A stretch of 64,000 nucleotides of DNA, taken from the NCBI GenBank assembly GCA_965112155.1, contig OZ218101.1, one strand, 5' to 3'. Below are positions 38,014 to 49,576 of the stretch, piece after piece. Source of the stretch: Podarcis liolepis (Eukaryota). How positions within the stretch are numbered: the first letter of the stretch is position 1; the number at the start of each line of letters is the position of its first letter. Made by a program: the position numbers and the translations under genes. A model generated the notes under the pieces. It ran no database searches. It was not told where the DNA came from and saw only the letters and a list, made by a program, of their open reading frames with translations.

Positions 38014-38484
38014 TGTGAGACACTGGGAGAGATTAAACCCTAGTCTTTTACAGAACATCTTATGCCTTTGACAGGAAGAGAAATCAATGGCTGGCCAAAA
38101 AGTATATTCTGGACACTAAGGTATGTGGAAATGAAATGCTCAGACCAGCTGCATATAATTAAAGTGGCTAATTAATGACCTGCCTCCCTGAGAGTTTCAT
38201 ATCAAACCAAAGCAAATGCTGAGAAAGTACCTGAGAAAGAGAGAGAGAGAGAGGCCTCACACTGGCGTGCTGTTCACTCAATAATTTAGTGACGCTTCTC
38301 TCTATGAGGAACGGTGGATGTATAAGCTCATCTCTGCCAGATCAGAAGCAAGCCTTATACTGCAAGCAACTGTCACATAACTATTCAGCATGGCAAGGGA
38401 ACATTGGCCTCCTTCCTCCCAACTGGCCATAAGAGGGGGAGGGAAGACCAAATATATTGAATAAAGCTATCTGACATTTTACCA

Positions 38485-38822
38485 TAAAGGTAAAGGTAAA
38501 GGGACCCCTGACCGTTAGGTCCAGTCGCAGACGACTCTGGGGTTGCATACTCATCTCGCTCTATAGGCCGAGGGAGCCGGCGTTTGTCCACAGACAGCTT
38601 CCAAGTCATGTGGCCAGCATGACTAAGCTGCTTCTGGTGAACCAGAGCAGCGCATGGAAATGCCTTTTACCTTCCTGCTGGAGCGGTACCTATTTATCTA
38701 CTTGCAATTTGACGTGCTTTTGAACTGCTAGGTTGGCAGGAGCTGGGACCGAGCAATGGGAGTTCACTCCGTCACGGGGATTCGAACCACCAACCTTCCA
38801 ATCAGCAAGTCCTAGGCTCAGT
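38485..38822 (-). mobile_element. Sauria SINE, slightly 5'-truncated
   Basis: (AAAGGT)n tail and body matching the other copies; lacks the terminal CGTCCC. Confidence 0.93.
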
Positions 38823-39447
38823 AGTCTCCTTTCATGTTTTAAAAGGTACATCTACTCATTGCGGCCCTTCACGCTTTTGTTTAACCTTCATTTTGATGGT
38901 ACTTTGTACGGATTAATTCTACTGCGCTTTTCTTGGTGTTTCATAGCTGTGCCTTGTGAAAAAATCTGATCTTACCAACTGAACAAAAATTCTGTCACAC
39001 AAAATCTCTCTTTGGATTTCCCAGGCATTCGATAAGATCCAATTCAGCAGGTAATGTTGGTTTTTTGCAAAGGAGAACACAGGACAACGAGAAAAGCTCT
39101 CAGATCCAGGGGAATTAACAGAATACGATCCAAATACAGGTCAGGCAAAAGTGTGAATGAGCCCTAAGGCTGTATACAATATTTAGAGCTTTCGTGATAG
39201 ATTGCTGCAGAAAGTGTTTCTTAACGTTTTAAGACTGCAAATTTTATGGCTTTTGATATTGCTGTATATTGCCCCCACAATCTTCAGATAAGGGTCTATA
39301 AATAAAATGATCATAATGTTGATCATAATGGAAACAGCAGCTGCCATCTGATCCTTTAACCGCAAAAAGTGTGAATCAAACCCAGGACCATCTGCATGCA
39401 AAGTGTGAGTCCTACCTCTGAAAATTCTCCCTCCTCAAAAGTCAGGC

Positions 39448-39706
39448 TGTTAAGTTGTGGGTGAACATATCAGACAACACAGCGATTCTTCAGACAGCTC
39501 TTTTTTATTCACAGAATAGAACTGAACTGAAGGGTTCATCCAACCTGCTTATATAGAGCTCAACTACAAAGCAACAGTAACAACTTTCTGTAAATATCCA
39601 ATCACTGAACATCACTTTCAATTCCTTATTTGCATATACGGACCTGAGTGAAAACTATCTACAGTATCCCCCTGCTGGCCCAGGGTGAGAACCTCAGTAC
39701 ATAACA
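39448..39706 (-). mobile_element. Solo LTR (259 bp)
   Basis: TGTTA...TAACA inverted termini, perfect 5-bp TSD CAGGC (39443-39447, 39707-39711); minus-strand TATATAAG and AATAAA in LTR order. Confidence 0.92.
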
Positions 39707-42700
39707 CAGGCAGCCAAAAAGTGCACAACCAATGCACGCTTGTGTGTTCAAACACCTGCTTGAATAACCACGTGCCTCCCCATATGCTACCCCCATTCAC
39801 ACCCCACCAAGAACAGCCAGCAGAGCGTGTTTAGGAACAGCAGAAAGAAAGTAATTCTGCAACAGAAATTAAGAACGGGAGTGTACTGCCCCACCTTGCA
39901 TGAGGTAGCATTAATGTACACAATATTTGTTTTTTAAATACCACTTGTTCTGCCTCTGTGAAGCAGACCTGACGTATAGCACTGCTTGGCAGCATGGAAT
40001 GAGCATCCTGTTCCTTAAGAAAACCTCGGTGTTCTTTCACTGCTGCACAAAGCAGAGTTCTTGTGTGTGGTTTTCTTTGTACACTGGCACTAATCATTTG
40101 TTATAGTCTCTCCCCCCCCCCCATTCCAACGGTATAAACTAAGAATTAGGAAGGTGGGTTAATTTGCTGACGATTCTTAAAAACGATTGTTTCATTGCTA
40201 ATGGGTCAGGGCGGGTTACAGTTTCATATTTATGCAGCACCTGCTGTATTTTCTGCCTACATGTGTAATTTACAAGCTATCCATTGTTTGTTCTACCCGT
40301 TTTCAAGCGGTATTGGGAATGGGAAAGACTTAATGGACAGACAGGCTGCTGAAATAATAATGTTGCCCTTCCAGTGATGGGAAGCAGAAGTAACCAGCAG
40401 CAGCCCAAGATACTCACACAAAATACTATTTTTAAAAATCAATTTTGTATTAGCAAATTTAACAAGGGGAAAAAAGTAAAAACAACAGACCACCATCAGT
40501 TCACATTGGGGGTGCAGTGACTATAACTGCAGAAACGTGTAAGTTAATATAACCCCACAGATGTCCAAAGAGGTATTCCCAAAATAAAGATACAAAAAAT
40601 TCACATCAACAATGGCAGCAACAACCCCAGCCCAAGATTCTGCTCAGCAACCTCAGTTTCTGTAGCTGGAGTCCATCAGGGCCCTGTCCTCCCTGGCCAA
40701 GTGGGAAAACGCCTGCAAGGCAAGGAACTGGTCTTCCAGGACTCAGAGCCATTGAGTGAATTTAAGTTCTAGTTTATAAAGGAAGGCGAGAAAAAATATA
40801 TCCACCCTCCCCACGCTACCCATAAACTTGATTACTGATGTTAAAAAAATACTGACTAGATTAGGAGGGCCCATTGAAATATGCTCAGATACCACTCCAT
40901 TGCTGTCCACCCTGCAGCACCTGCTGCCTGAAGCATCTACCTCACTCTGCCTAATGGTAGGACCAGCCCTGGCAATCAGTATGCAAGAAATACAATAAAT
41001 ACAGAACGGGAAGAATGACATTGAAACACCATGTTAACGCCTACGCTGAATTTTGTTCCAAATGCACTGACCTTTGTTTGTGTACACACTCGTTTACTCT
41101 GCATCCAGTGTGCTCCTACTGCAGGTTTGGGAAGCAGCATACACATAATGTAAGCCACAATCCATATCTACACTGCATTTTTGTGCAATTCCCCCCCCCA
41201 ACCAGCTTCAATCTGAATTGAGAAGAAGAACGAATGACCTAACTGCATTTTGAGCTGGCAATGTGTACAGCACAGCCTTTCCCTGTAACATATTGGAATC
41301 CTTGCATTCTCGGCTGCTAAAATCCAAGGAAGCACACAGCCTATGTGGTAATTCAGAGTTTATTTTAAGCCAGCAGCCACTGCTGAGGTGCTCTTTAGAA
41401 AAGGCGCAGTCTCCTCCCTCTCAATCGGCACCTTTGACAGACGCAGGGGGAGGTTGTGGTAGTTAGCAAAGAGGCAATGAGTTTACATAAACCTCGTTCT
41501 CAGCATGCTTCAAAAGAAAAGGCATCCTATGACGCTGGCAATCCAAATTGTAGAAAAGAACAGCAGTGAGTGCCACTAAAAAAAGAGTATTGCACTCAGC
41601 ATGCTTTCATGCATGCCACTACTCCTCCACAGCAACTTTTAAATTGGAAGAAATAGTTGTACCTAACCATATGGTCGCAGGCAACAAGACAGCCTTTTGC
41701 CCACAAGGTAGAAGATGCCACTGAGGACTTACTCGCTGGGCATCTTTTGGGATATTTTCCTCCCACATTAGTAGGGTGATAATAATGTTGTTGGTCACAA
41801 CTACATGACACATTTAAAGCACCTGGCTTCCCCCAAAGAATCCTGGGAACTGTAGTTTGATAAGGGTGCTGGGAATTGTAGTTCTGTGAGGGAGAAACCT
41901 CAGTTCCCAGGATTATTTGGCCTGATGGAAGTTCAGCAGGATGTAAATGCAACTAAATAAAATCAATAAATCCTTGTTCCCGGTTATAAAATAATGTGCT
42001 ACAGCAAAGCTCTGGAAATGCAATAATTCCGTTGAGAGTGAGAGGGCAAACTCCAGCCACCAAACTCAGTACAGTGAGAACTAATGAAAGGTATCAGGAA
42101 AACCAGACCTGAGGAAGAAAGCTGTATGAGCACCCAGAACCCACTGCGAAGAAATATTTTGTAACAGCACTTCAAATCCAACAATATATTTTCAAGCTCT
42201 GAAGCAGTCTGAACATTTGCAGTCTTGTGGCTCCATATTACAAGGATTTATAGCGAGCAGTTTTATATTCCAGCATGCATCCAAGAAGACGCGTTTAGAT
42301 GCCAGACAATAGCAGTCACAGCCCACACACTGAATATATGATTACCCGGCAAAGCAAAAGGTTTTCCAGTTTGCCTCTACTGAATGTAATGTTCTTTCAG
42401 TCAAAACTGCCTGAACGCCTTAGTAAGTTGCGGCCTGGGCAGGAAGTTTGGCTCAATGCACCTTGCAGAGTGCCGTGCCCTTAATGGTTTGTTGTTTTTT
42501 TAAGTTAAGTATTAATGAGTAGTTTCTGTAAGTACAAAGCAGTCACTTTATTTCATGTGTGTTCTGTTTGTGGTGTTCTTTTTTCCTGAGATGAAAAAGA
42601 AAAGCAGGAGTGCTGTGGCTTGTACAGGCCCATGACATTCCGCCACGAAAAAGTGTGCCCCCAACTCTTCTGCAATATCACCAAGGACACTGAGATATGA

Positions 42701-42845
42701 ACTCTTTGAGAGTTGTGCCCCAGGCAACGTCTCTGACGCTGCAAAGAGGTCTCACCTCTCAGATCACTTCCATTGGCAGCGCTACAAAAAATGTTGCTCT
42801 CTTAAGAAAGCACAGTGTCTATGGCTCAGGGGTTGGATAACTCCT

Positions 42846-42982
42846 CATACCCTCCAACATTTCTCCAATGAACATAGGGACACCCTAAGGAAAAGCGGGA
42901 CATTCCAGGATCAAATCAGAAACCAGGACAGCTTCTCTAAATCACGGATGTCCCTGGAAAATAGGGACACTTGGAAGGTCTG
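42846..42982. mobile_element. hAT-like MITE, related to the 3' half of 59290-59616
   Basis: CATACCCTCCAA / TTGGAAGGTCTG termini, repeated GGGACA motifs. Confidence 0.75.
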
Positions 42983-44489
42983 GCGCCATATGGAACTTCC
43001 TTCCTGCCCCCTTCAGTGGCCAAGTATTTGCACCCAGTGTTTGAGGTGTCTGTGGCAACTGGGTGCACACATTGGCAATGATAGCTTTAAAAGAAGACAT
43101 TTGAGAAAGGCTGTATGCATTGCATAAAAATGAGTAAGCTTAAGCGTTTTTGTTGTCTTCTAGGACACCTTGCCAGTAATATACTGCTTCCTGGAATCTT
43201 ATTAATCTGAATTTCTATTATTATAGTACATGCCTGACTCATTCTATGGTGTTGAACTATTCCTAATAAAGAAGGTTACTGGCACTACTGATCACATGAG
43301 CTGACCTTTTACAGTTCGACAGTAACCCTGATTTCTTAAAATGCCAGTAACCAGCCATCAAAATAGCCATCCTAAGTAATTCAACAGGAACTAGAACTAG
43401 CAGCCTTCCAGATGTGTTGGACTTCAACTCCAATCAGCCCAAGCAAACATGGCCAATAGTCAGGTTGGGAATCCAGCAACATCTGGAGGGATGCAGGATC
43501 CCAACCCTATCCTATAGTATTATACTGCTGTGGATTATGAATAATAATTGTCAGATTCTTAGCAATGCATTGATGTATCTGTTTTCAAAGCAGCATTGTT
43601 ATGCTGACCAGTAATTGATTTTTTAAAATGTGTATCAAATTATTTTGTTTGGTATGAAGGAGATCATCATGCTTGTGTGAGGTGTCTTGTTATTGTTGAG
43701 TCACAAAACATGATTAAAACTCACAGAACCAAAAGCGTAGGCAGAGAAACCACGCAAACATATTGGTGAATCTTAGACTTGTCACACCTATGCAATAATA
43801 CTGTGTGACATGAAAGTGAAACATAGATAGATATTTATCTTCCACACCAAAAATTTTTTATATGAATGTCTTTTTTGCGCAGCAGAAGAGGTCTAGTTAG
43901 GCGATATCCTTAGTAATTGCTATGTATTAATTTACAGACCTTGTCTGACTAGGCCAGCTGAGATAGCAAATAACCTTTTTCAAATAGAATTGGGTGATGT
44001 GTTCACATGAGCATTTGTCCAGGCAATCCAACATCGAAATGGCTATATATCTGCAAGAGAAATTGAGTTATAGTGAATAACTTTGTAGAACACAGACCCT
44101 GAGCAAAAATTACTGAATTATATGTTTGGGCCTAGTGTAATAAGAGGCATATTATGGTGATAACAATCATAACAAAATTATAAGTGGCAATATATATATA
44201 TATTAAAGTGCAGCATCAAATAACGAATAAAGCAGCAGATAAGGATCCCCCCCCCCATGTCAAAGCAGCACAATGAAAGAAACATAACTGATAGCTAGGC
44301 TCTCTCCCATCCCTGATAAGACATGGCTTTACCAAGTGACAGAAATAATTTAAATGGTGCTTTCTGAGGAAGGGTAAGTTACTGAACGGGCAATTGAACC
44401 TTGCCATGACCAAAAGGATCCTGCTTCTCCTATCCATGCTCCATATTTCAATAGAAAAGACCTCAGAGTATGGTCTGAAGGCACATGAA

Positions 44490-44625
44490 ATCACCACTTT
44501 GCCAAAGCTAAGCAGGTCTAGGCCTAGCCTGTGCCTGGGGAGGTGATCACCTGAAGGCCGCTTGTATGCTGCCTTGGTTACCATGACAGGGTGGCAAAAG
44601 GCAGGAGGCAAATGTAAGAAAATAC
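44490..44625 (+). mobile_element. Degenerate SINE with a 5S rRNA-like segment
   Basis: AAGCTAAGCAGGTCTAGGCCTAG..GGGAGGTGATCACCTG resembles the 5S internal control region AAGCTAAGCAGGGTCGGGCCTGGTTAGTACTTGGATGGGAGACCGCCTG. Confidence 0.55.
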
Positions 44626-45263
44626 GTAGCTGGTGGAGGATACCACAAAAAACCTCTGGTGTTGACTGGAGGGCATGGGAAGCACATGGGAGAGAAGTTG
44701 CTCCTCAATGTTTCAGGTGCTCCAACAATGCACATCCAAGAAACAATGCACACACTGCCCTACAACGGCAAACCTATAAGATGCTACATTAAAACTGGCC
44801 CTAAGACGATGATCTAAAGCTGTGTGTCTTTCTCCTAGCTAATGTAGAGGACTATGACATTACTCACACACTATAATAGACTCTCTAAGCAACTTACTGC
44901 ACAGTTGTGTTCTTCAACACCACATGGCTGCTCCCCCTCCCCTCTCTCTGCCCCCCCCCCCCCCGTGCATGATCTGCCTGAGGCAAGTGCGTCACTCTGC
45001 CTAATGTTTTCTGGATTAACTAAGCACGCACGCCATGTCACAATTTCACCATTTAGCTAGGAAAGGGGTTTGAGACAAGACCCATCCTTGGGTACAGCCG
45101 AAGGAGAAATGTCTTAAGAAAGACGTGGATTAGTCTTTGTATGCACCACCACACCCATTTTGAGGTACTACCACCACCACCTTCCTCCACATTCTTGCAT
45201 TTCCTGTACTCCTGCTCACATAAAAATCATAAAACAGCAACAGACACACCACAATGTTCCGTA

Positions 45264-45505
45264 CAGTGGTACCTCGGGTTACATATGCTTCAGGTTACAG
45301 ACTCTTCAGGTTACAGACTCCGCTAACCTAGAAATAGTACCTCGGGTTAAGAACTTTGCTTCAAGGTGAGAAGAGAAATCATGCTCTGGCGGTGAGGTGG
45401 CAAAAGGAGGCCCCATTAGCTAAAGTGGTGCTTCAGGTTAAGAACAGTTTCAGGTTAAGAACGGACCTCTGGAACGAATTAAGTTCGTAACCCGAGGTAC
45501 CACTG
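45264..45505. mobile_element. Tc1/mariner (Tigger-like) MITE
   Basis: Perfect TIR CAGTGGTACCTCGGGTTAC / GTAACCCGAGGTACCACTG, TA TSD. Confidence 0.94.
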
Positions 45506-45821
45506 TATTAGCTTTTTATCATGAGGTCTTACTCGCTGAATCAGTTGTTAGGCAGCTTAATTAATGCTTGTGCTCACTTGCCCTGCATATGGAGGAAATA
45601 GCTCACCATTCTTCTGGGTGATGCCACAATGATAAATTGACCACCATTCAGCAGTTTCCTCCCCCAGATTTAAATTTGCATATGAAAGTTAATGCGACCT
45701 GCAGTAGCACACAGCTATCTCTGCCTGCTATCCACAGGGGGTTTGTGTTGTTTTTAGAATATAGATCTGCCAATCATAGCTACTAATTCCTACATATTCC
45801 CAATGTTAACTCCCCATACAT

Positions 45822-45824
<3 letters not shown>

Positions 45825-45877
<53 letters not shown>
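45825..45877. repeat. Compound (CT)n(CA)n microsatellite
   Basis: Direct reading. Confidence 0.95.
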
Positions 45878-45880
<3 letters not shown>

Positions 45881-46039
45881 CTCCAGAGATCATCATTGGA
45901 GTTACCAATGGAGTTGGTAAAGGCTGCAGATTCTGAATAGAAGCTTCTTCCTCACCGGCAGTATTTCAGGACTGAATGTGCTTTACTGTGTTAGGCTGCG
46001 GGTGAAGGGTCAATGTGAAACTGAAAGCGTTTCACACCA

Positions 46040-46218
46040 CACTGCCCTCACCGAGCCTTTGAGCAAGCTGGTACCTGGTGCAGCAACTAAGTTCTAGCAC
46101 ATTTGCAAAGCTAAGCCGGGTCTGGTATGGTTTCAAATTGGATGGAGAAGCATGCATTGAGATTCCTGCATTGCAGACGGTTGGACTACATGGCCATTGG
46201 GGTCCCTTCCAACTCTAC
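46040..46218 (+). mobile_element. Degenerate SINE: 5S-like segment plus CR1-type 3' end
   Basis: AAGCTAAGCCGGGTCTGG..TTGGATGGAGA followed by GAGATTCCTGCATTGCAG..GGTTGGACTA..GGGGTCCCTTCCAACTCT. Confidence 0.6.
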
Positions 46219-47443
46219 TGTGATGTCTGGCTTTTCACCCACCATCTTGGAAACATATTTAATGTTTCCATACTGGAAATAAAACACTACATAATTGGGA
46301 TTCTTTTAATAATGTTAATATATTGAATGATCTTTGTGTGACAATGTTGTGCTCTTCTTCAGGGCAGATATTTCTAGTCGCTCTCTCAAGTTAATCAGAC
46401 TACAGCTTCCAATTATACTTCCTTAGATGCTAGGCTATGTTCAGCAGGCCTGAGTGGTGAAAGAGAGCCTACAAGAAAGCATGACATGCTACAATCAAAT
46501 GGGGAAATGAGAAGCTAAAGTTATGAGGCTGGATAAGGGCGGCAGTTGCTGCAATTAAAGTTTCAAATTCTTCATAAATCCAGGCACTAGCTTGGCAGTA
46601 TTTATGCTGTTGGGTTTTTTTTAAAAAAAAAACAACCCCTCTATACTTATTATAGTAAAACCAAATGTACAAATATCCTGGACTCACCTAATAATAATTG
46701 CCTAACCAAAATATTTAGCCTGGTTGCTCAAGCAGCCTTGTTTGACTGTGATGGGAGCAAACATGCAAAAATATAAATTATGAGTTTCTGAGGTTGGATA
46801 CTTTTTTCCTAGCTCAAATATGAACAAAAGCATTGGTGGTTGGGGTGGAACAGGAGTCAATATTTCCTATGAAAAAGAACGTTTACTAGAACGGTGGAAC
46901 TTTACAACAAATGTCAGCGGATCAGTTAGAAAATGTCAACACAATCTGATAATGACTGTAATGAGAACCACGTGTGGAAAGCAATGAGAAGCAAGTGTGA
47001 GCTGTTCCATTGTCAACAGCAAGAACATCCTGGCTGTGCTTGCGAAACAAACTCGCAGGGTCACAAAGAGTCAGGTGGCATGTCCTTGAGCTGCCTTAAA
47101 TCTTATTGAAATCAATGGGACTCAAAAGCAGGGGGCAGGAAAGGTGATTTCTGCATGAGGTGAGAGGGCAGCAAACAAAAATGATCAAAGGTCTGCTCTC
47201 AGGGACGTATTCTGGACTAACCTGCAGAACAGCAATAGGGTGGTTGCCCAACTGAACTGATCTGCAGAAGCCAGCAAGTTTTCATGGCCTAGAGGTCAAC
47301 GTTAAAGGTTCCATAATACTGACTAGGCTGCCTAACCAGCCCATGTTTGTATTTAGCACAAACTTCTCCCCCCACTCCAGTCTTCTGGCATGCACAGAAG
47401 TTGCTTGGGTGAGAGACAGACATTTCTACCATTTGCACCTAGC

Positions 47444-47790
47444 GATGGGGTAGAAATTCAATTCAGTTCACATTTAAAGGTGAATCTATGAAAATTTCAC
47501 TTTCCAAACGTATACAAGAGCCAAGGCACGGCCATCCTTTGGAAATCAGACTGGTCTGAATTTTGTGTTGCGGTTTTTCAGTCGAACCATGTTCGCAAAA
47601 ATTCATATATTAGGGGAAATGTGCATAAAATTTGTATATATATATATGAAAGTAACATAGAGAAATGTCTTATATTAGGGGAAATTGTTTGCAAGAATTT
47701 TTACTTTAGTCAAAACTGCATACAAAAATGTGTTTTAGCAGGAGAAATTTGCACTAAAAGTCAGATGAACCTTCATGAGGGTGAGCAACT
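47444..47790. repeat. Unclassified interspersed repeat (same family as 10690-11727, opposite orientation)
   Basis: Shared segments in reverse complement. Confidence 0.6.
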
Positions 47791-49224
47791 GGTAAACTGG
47801 CAAAAACGTGCAGGTGTCTCATTTTTCTTCATTAAAACATTAAAAATGAAATGGTCTGTTTTAGTGGAACTTTTGCACCCTGGCTTGCATGCATTGATAT
47901 CCCTTCAAAAATTAGGGGTAGGCGCAGTATGTGCTGCCACATCCCCACAAGTTAACTCTCTAAGCCTCCAGAAGATTCTCAACCACGGCGACATTCTTCA
48001 ATGTCTCCAGACAAGCCAAGGGAAGAATACTGAAAACCTGTAACACAGAGCAGATTATTTTGTCTGCCCTGTTCGACATGAATTATAATTCAATATATTG
48101 GTTCTCCTGCATGAACGCCATCTGCCTGTGACCATTATAATCCATTTTCTATGCTGCAGAGACAAGATCTTAAGGGGGAACGTGTGTGCACAACCACTAT
48201 CCAAACACTGCCGCTTCTCCCTGGGGAACTATTAAAGCCCGGCACACCCAAGTATTTATGAGCCATAAACTGCCTGCTTCAAATGGAGATTCATCGGGAA
48301 TCCCTGGGAGAGACTGACAAAGACAGAGTATCCTGTAGCCGCATGCTGGTGGGGGAAGGGGTGAAGTAAAGGCTACAAAGATTCCTTCTAAGAGCCGCAG
48401 CAGCTGCAGCAGCTGCATTGATCAGTTGCTTCCCATTAATGCCCATCCATCGCTTTGTCTCTCCGGCAGCCAGAAGGAAAACAAAGAGATTCTTCCAAAG
48501 TCATAGTCCATTAATGTTTTTGGGGGGAAGGGGGTTGGTTTTGGGGTTTTTTTGCTAGGTCACCACTCCAGACTAGTGTCTGCACATTACATTTCATTAA
48601 AAGAGTGGGGGATGGGGTGAGATTCTACTTGTACTGAACGCTTTTGACTATAGTCCATGCTGATGCACAAAGGCTGCAATGTCCTACCTAGTTACTCAAG
48701 TGTAACTTCCTTAAAATGAGTGAGATTGTGCCCATGCAAAATTCGAGTGGTCGAATTTTGTACTTTGAAGGGGTGCAGCTTTCAGAACGGGGCTTTTGTT
48801 AGTATATAGCAGACAGTTCCGTAATTGTATTTTATTTTTAAAAAGAAGGAAACAAGGACATGTGTACGTCTCAATAAGGTTTCAAAGATGCACTTTGATC
48901 TGCCGTCAAGACAGGGGTTGACACAAAGCCACAGAGACAAATGGGAGCAGCGGCCTGGGGGCGTCCACATTCCTGGAATGTCTGCCTTAGCGAAGCAAAT
49001 ACTTGCAGAGAGAAGACCTTTTTTAAGGGTTTGGAGGAGGTGCACAGAGGCAACATAGCAGCTGGTTGATGACCCTTGAATTAAAAGAAGAAGAAGCCAT
49101 AACTGATAAGTTTCTGACTTGAGATGGTCACCTTGGACATGGGCACACTTAAAAATGGCAGTCATAGGATGGAAGTCTTACTAATTTAGATTGTAGTGTT
49201 ATACTTCTTTAATTCTCACACATT

Positions 49225-49576
49225 TAAAGGTAAAGGGACCCCTGACCATTAGGTCCAGTTGTGACCGACTCTGGGGTTGCGGCGCTCATTTCGCTTTATT
49301 GGCTGAGGGAGTCAGCATACAGCTTCCGGGTCATGTGGCCAGCATGACTAAGCCGCTTCTGGAAAACCAGAGCAGTGCACGGAAATGCCATTTATCTTCC
49401 CACCAGAGCGGTACCTATTTATCTACTTGCACTTTGACATGCTTTCGAACTGCTAGGTTGGCAAGAGCAGGGACCGAACAACGGGAGCTCACCCCGTCAC
49501 GGGGATTCGAACCGCCCACCTTCTGATCGGCAAGTCCTAGGCTCTGTGATTTAACCCACACCGCCACCCACGTCCC
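49225..49576 (-). mobile_element. Sauria SINE, full length
   Basis: AAAGGTAAAGGGACCCC tail through CCACCCACGTCCC head; degenerate TSD starting TCTCACA. Confidence 0.95.

Noticed and set aside
39025-39050. 26-nt micro-exon reading AFDKIQFS (CAG..GTAATG)
   Set aside because: Not frame-preserving, no partner exons, and the resemblance to the L1 RT motif AFDKIQ does not extend
39901-39922. let-7-like miRNA (TGAGGTAG)
   Set aside because: Only 8 nt match; the rest differs and there is no hairpin partner
44505-44553. 5S rRNA gene
   Set aside because: Only a diverged internal segment; the 5' half and terminator are absent
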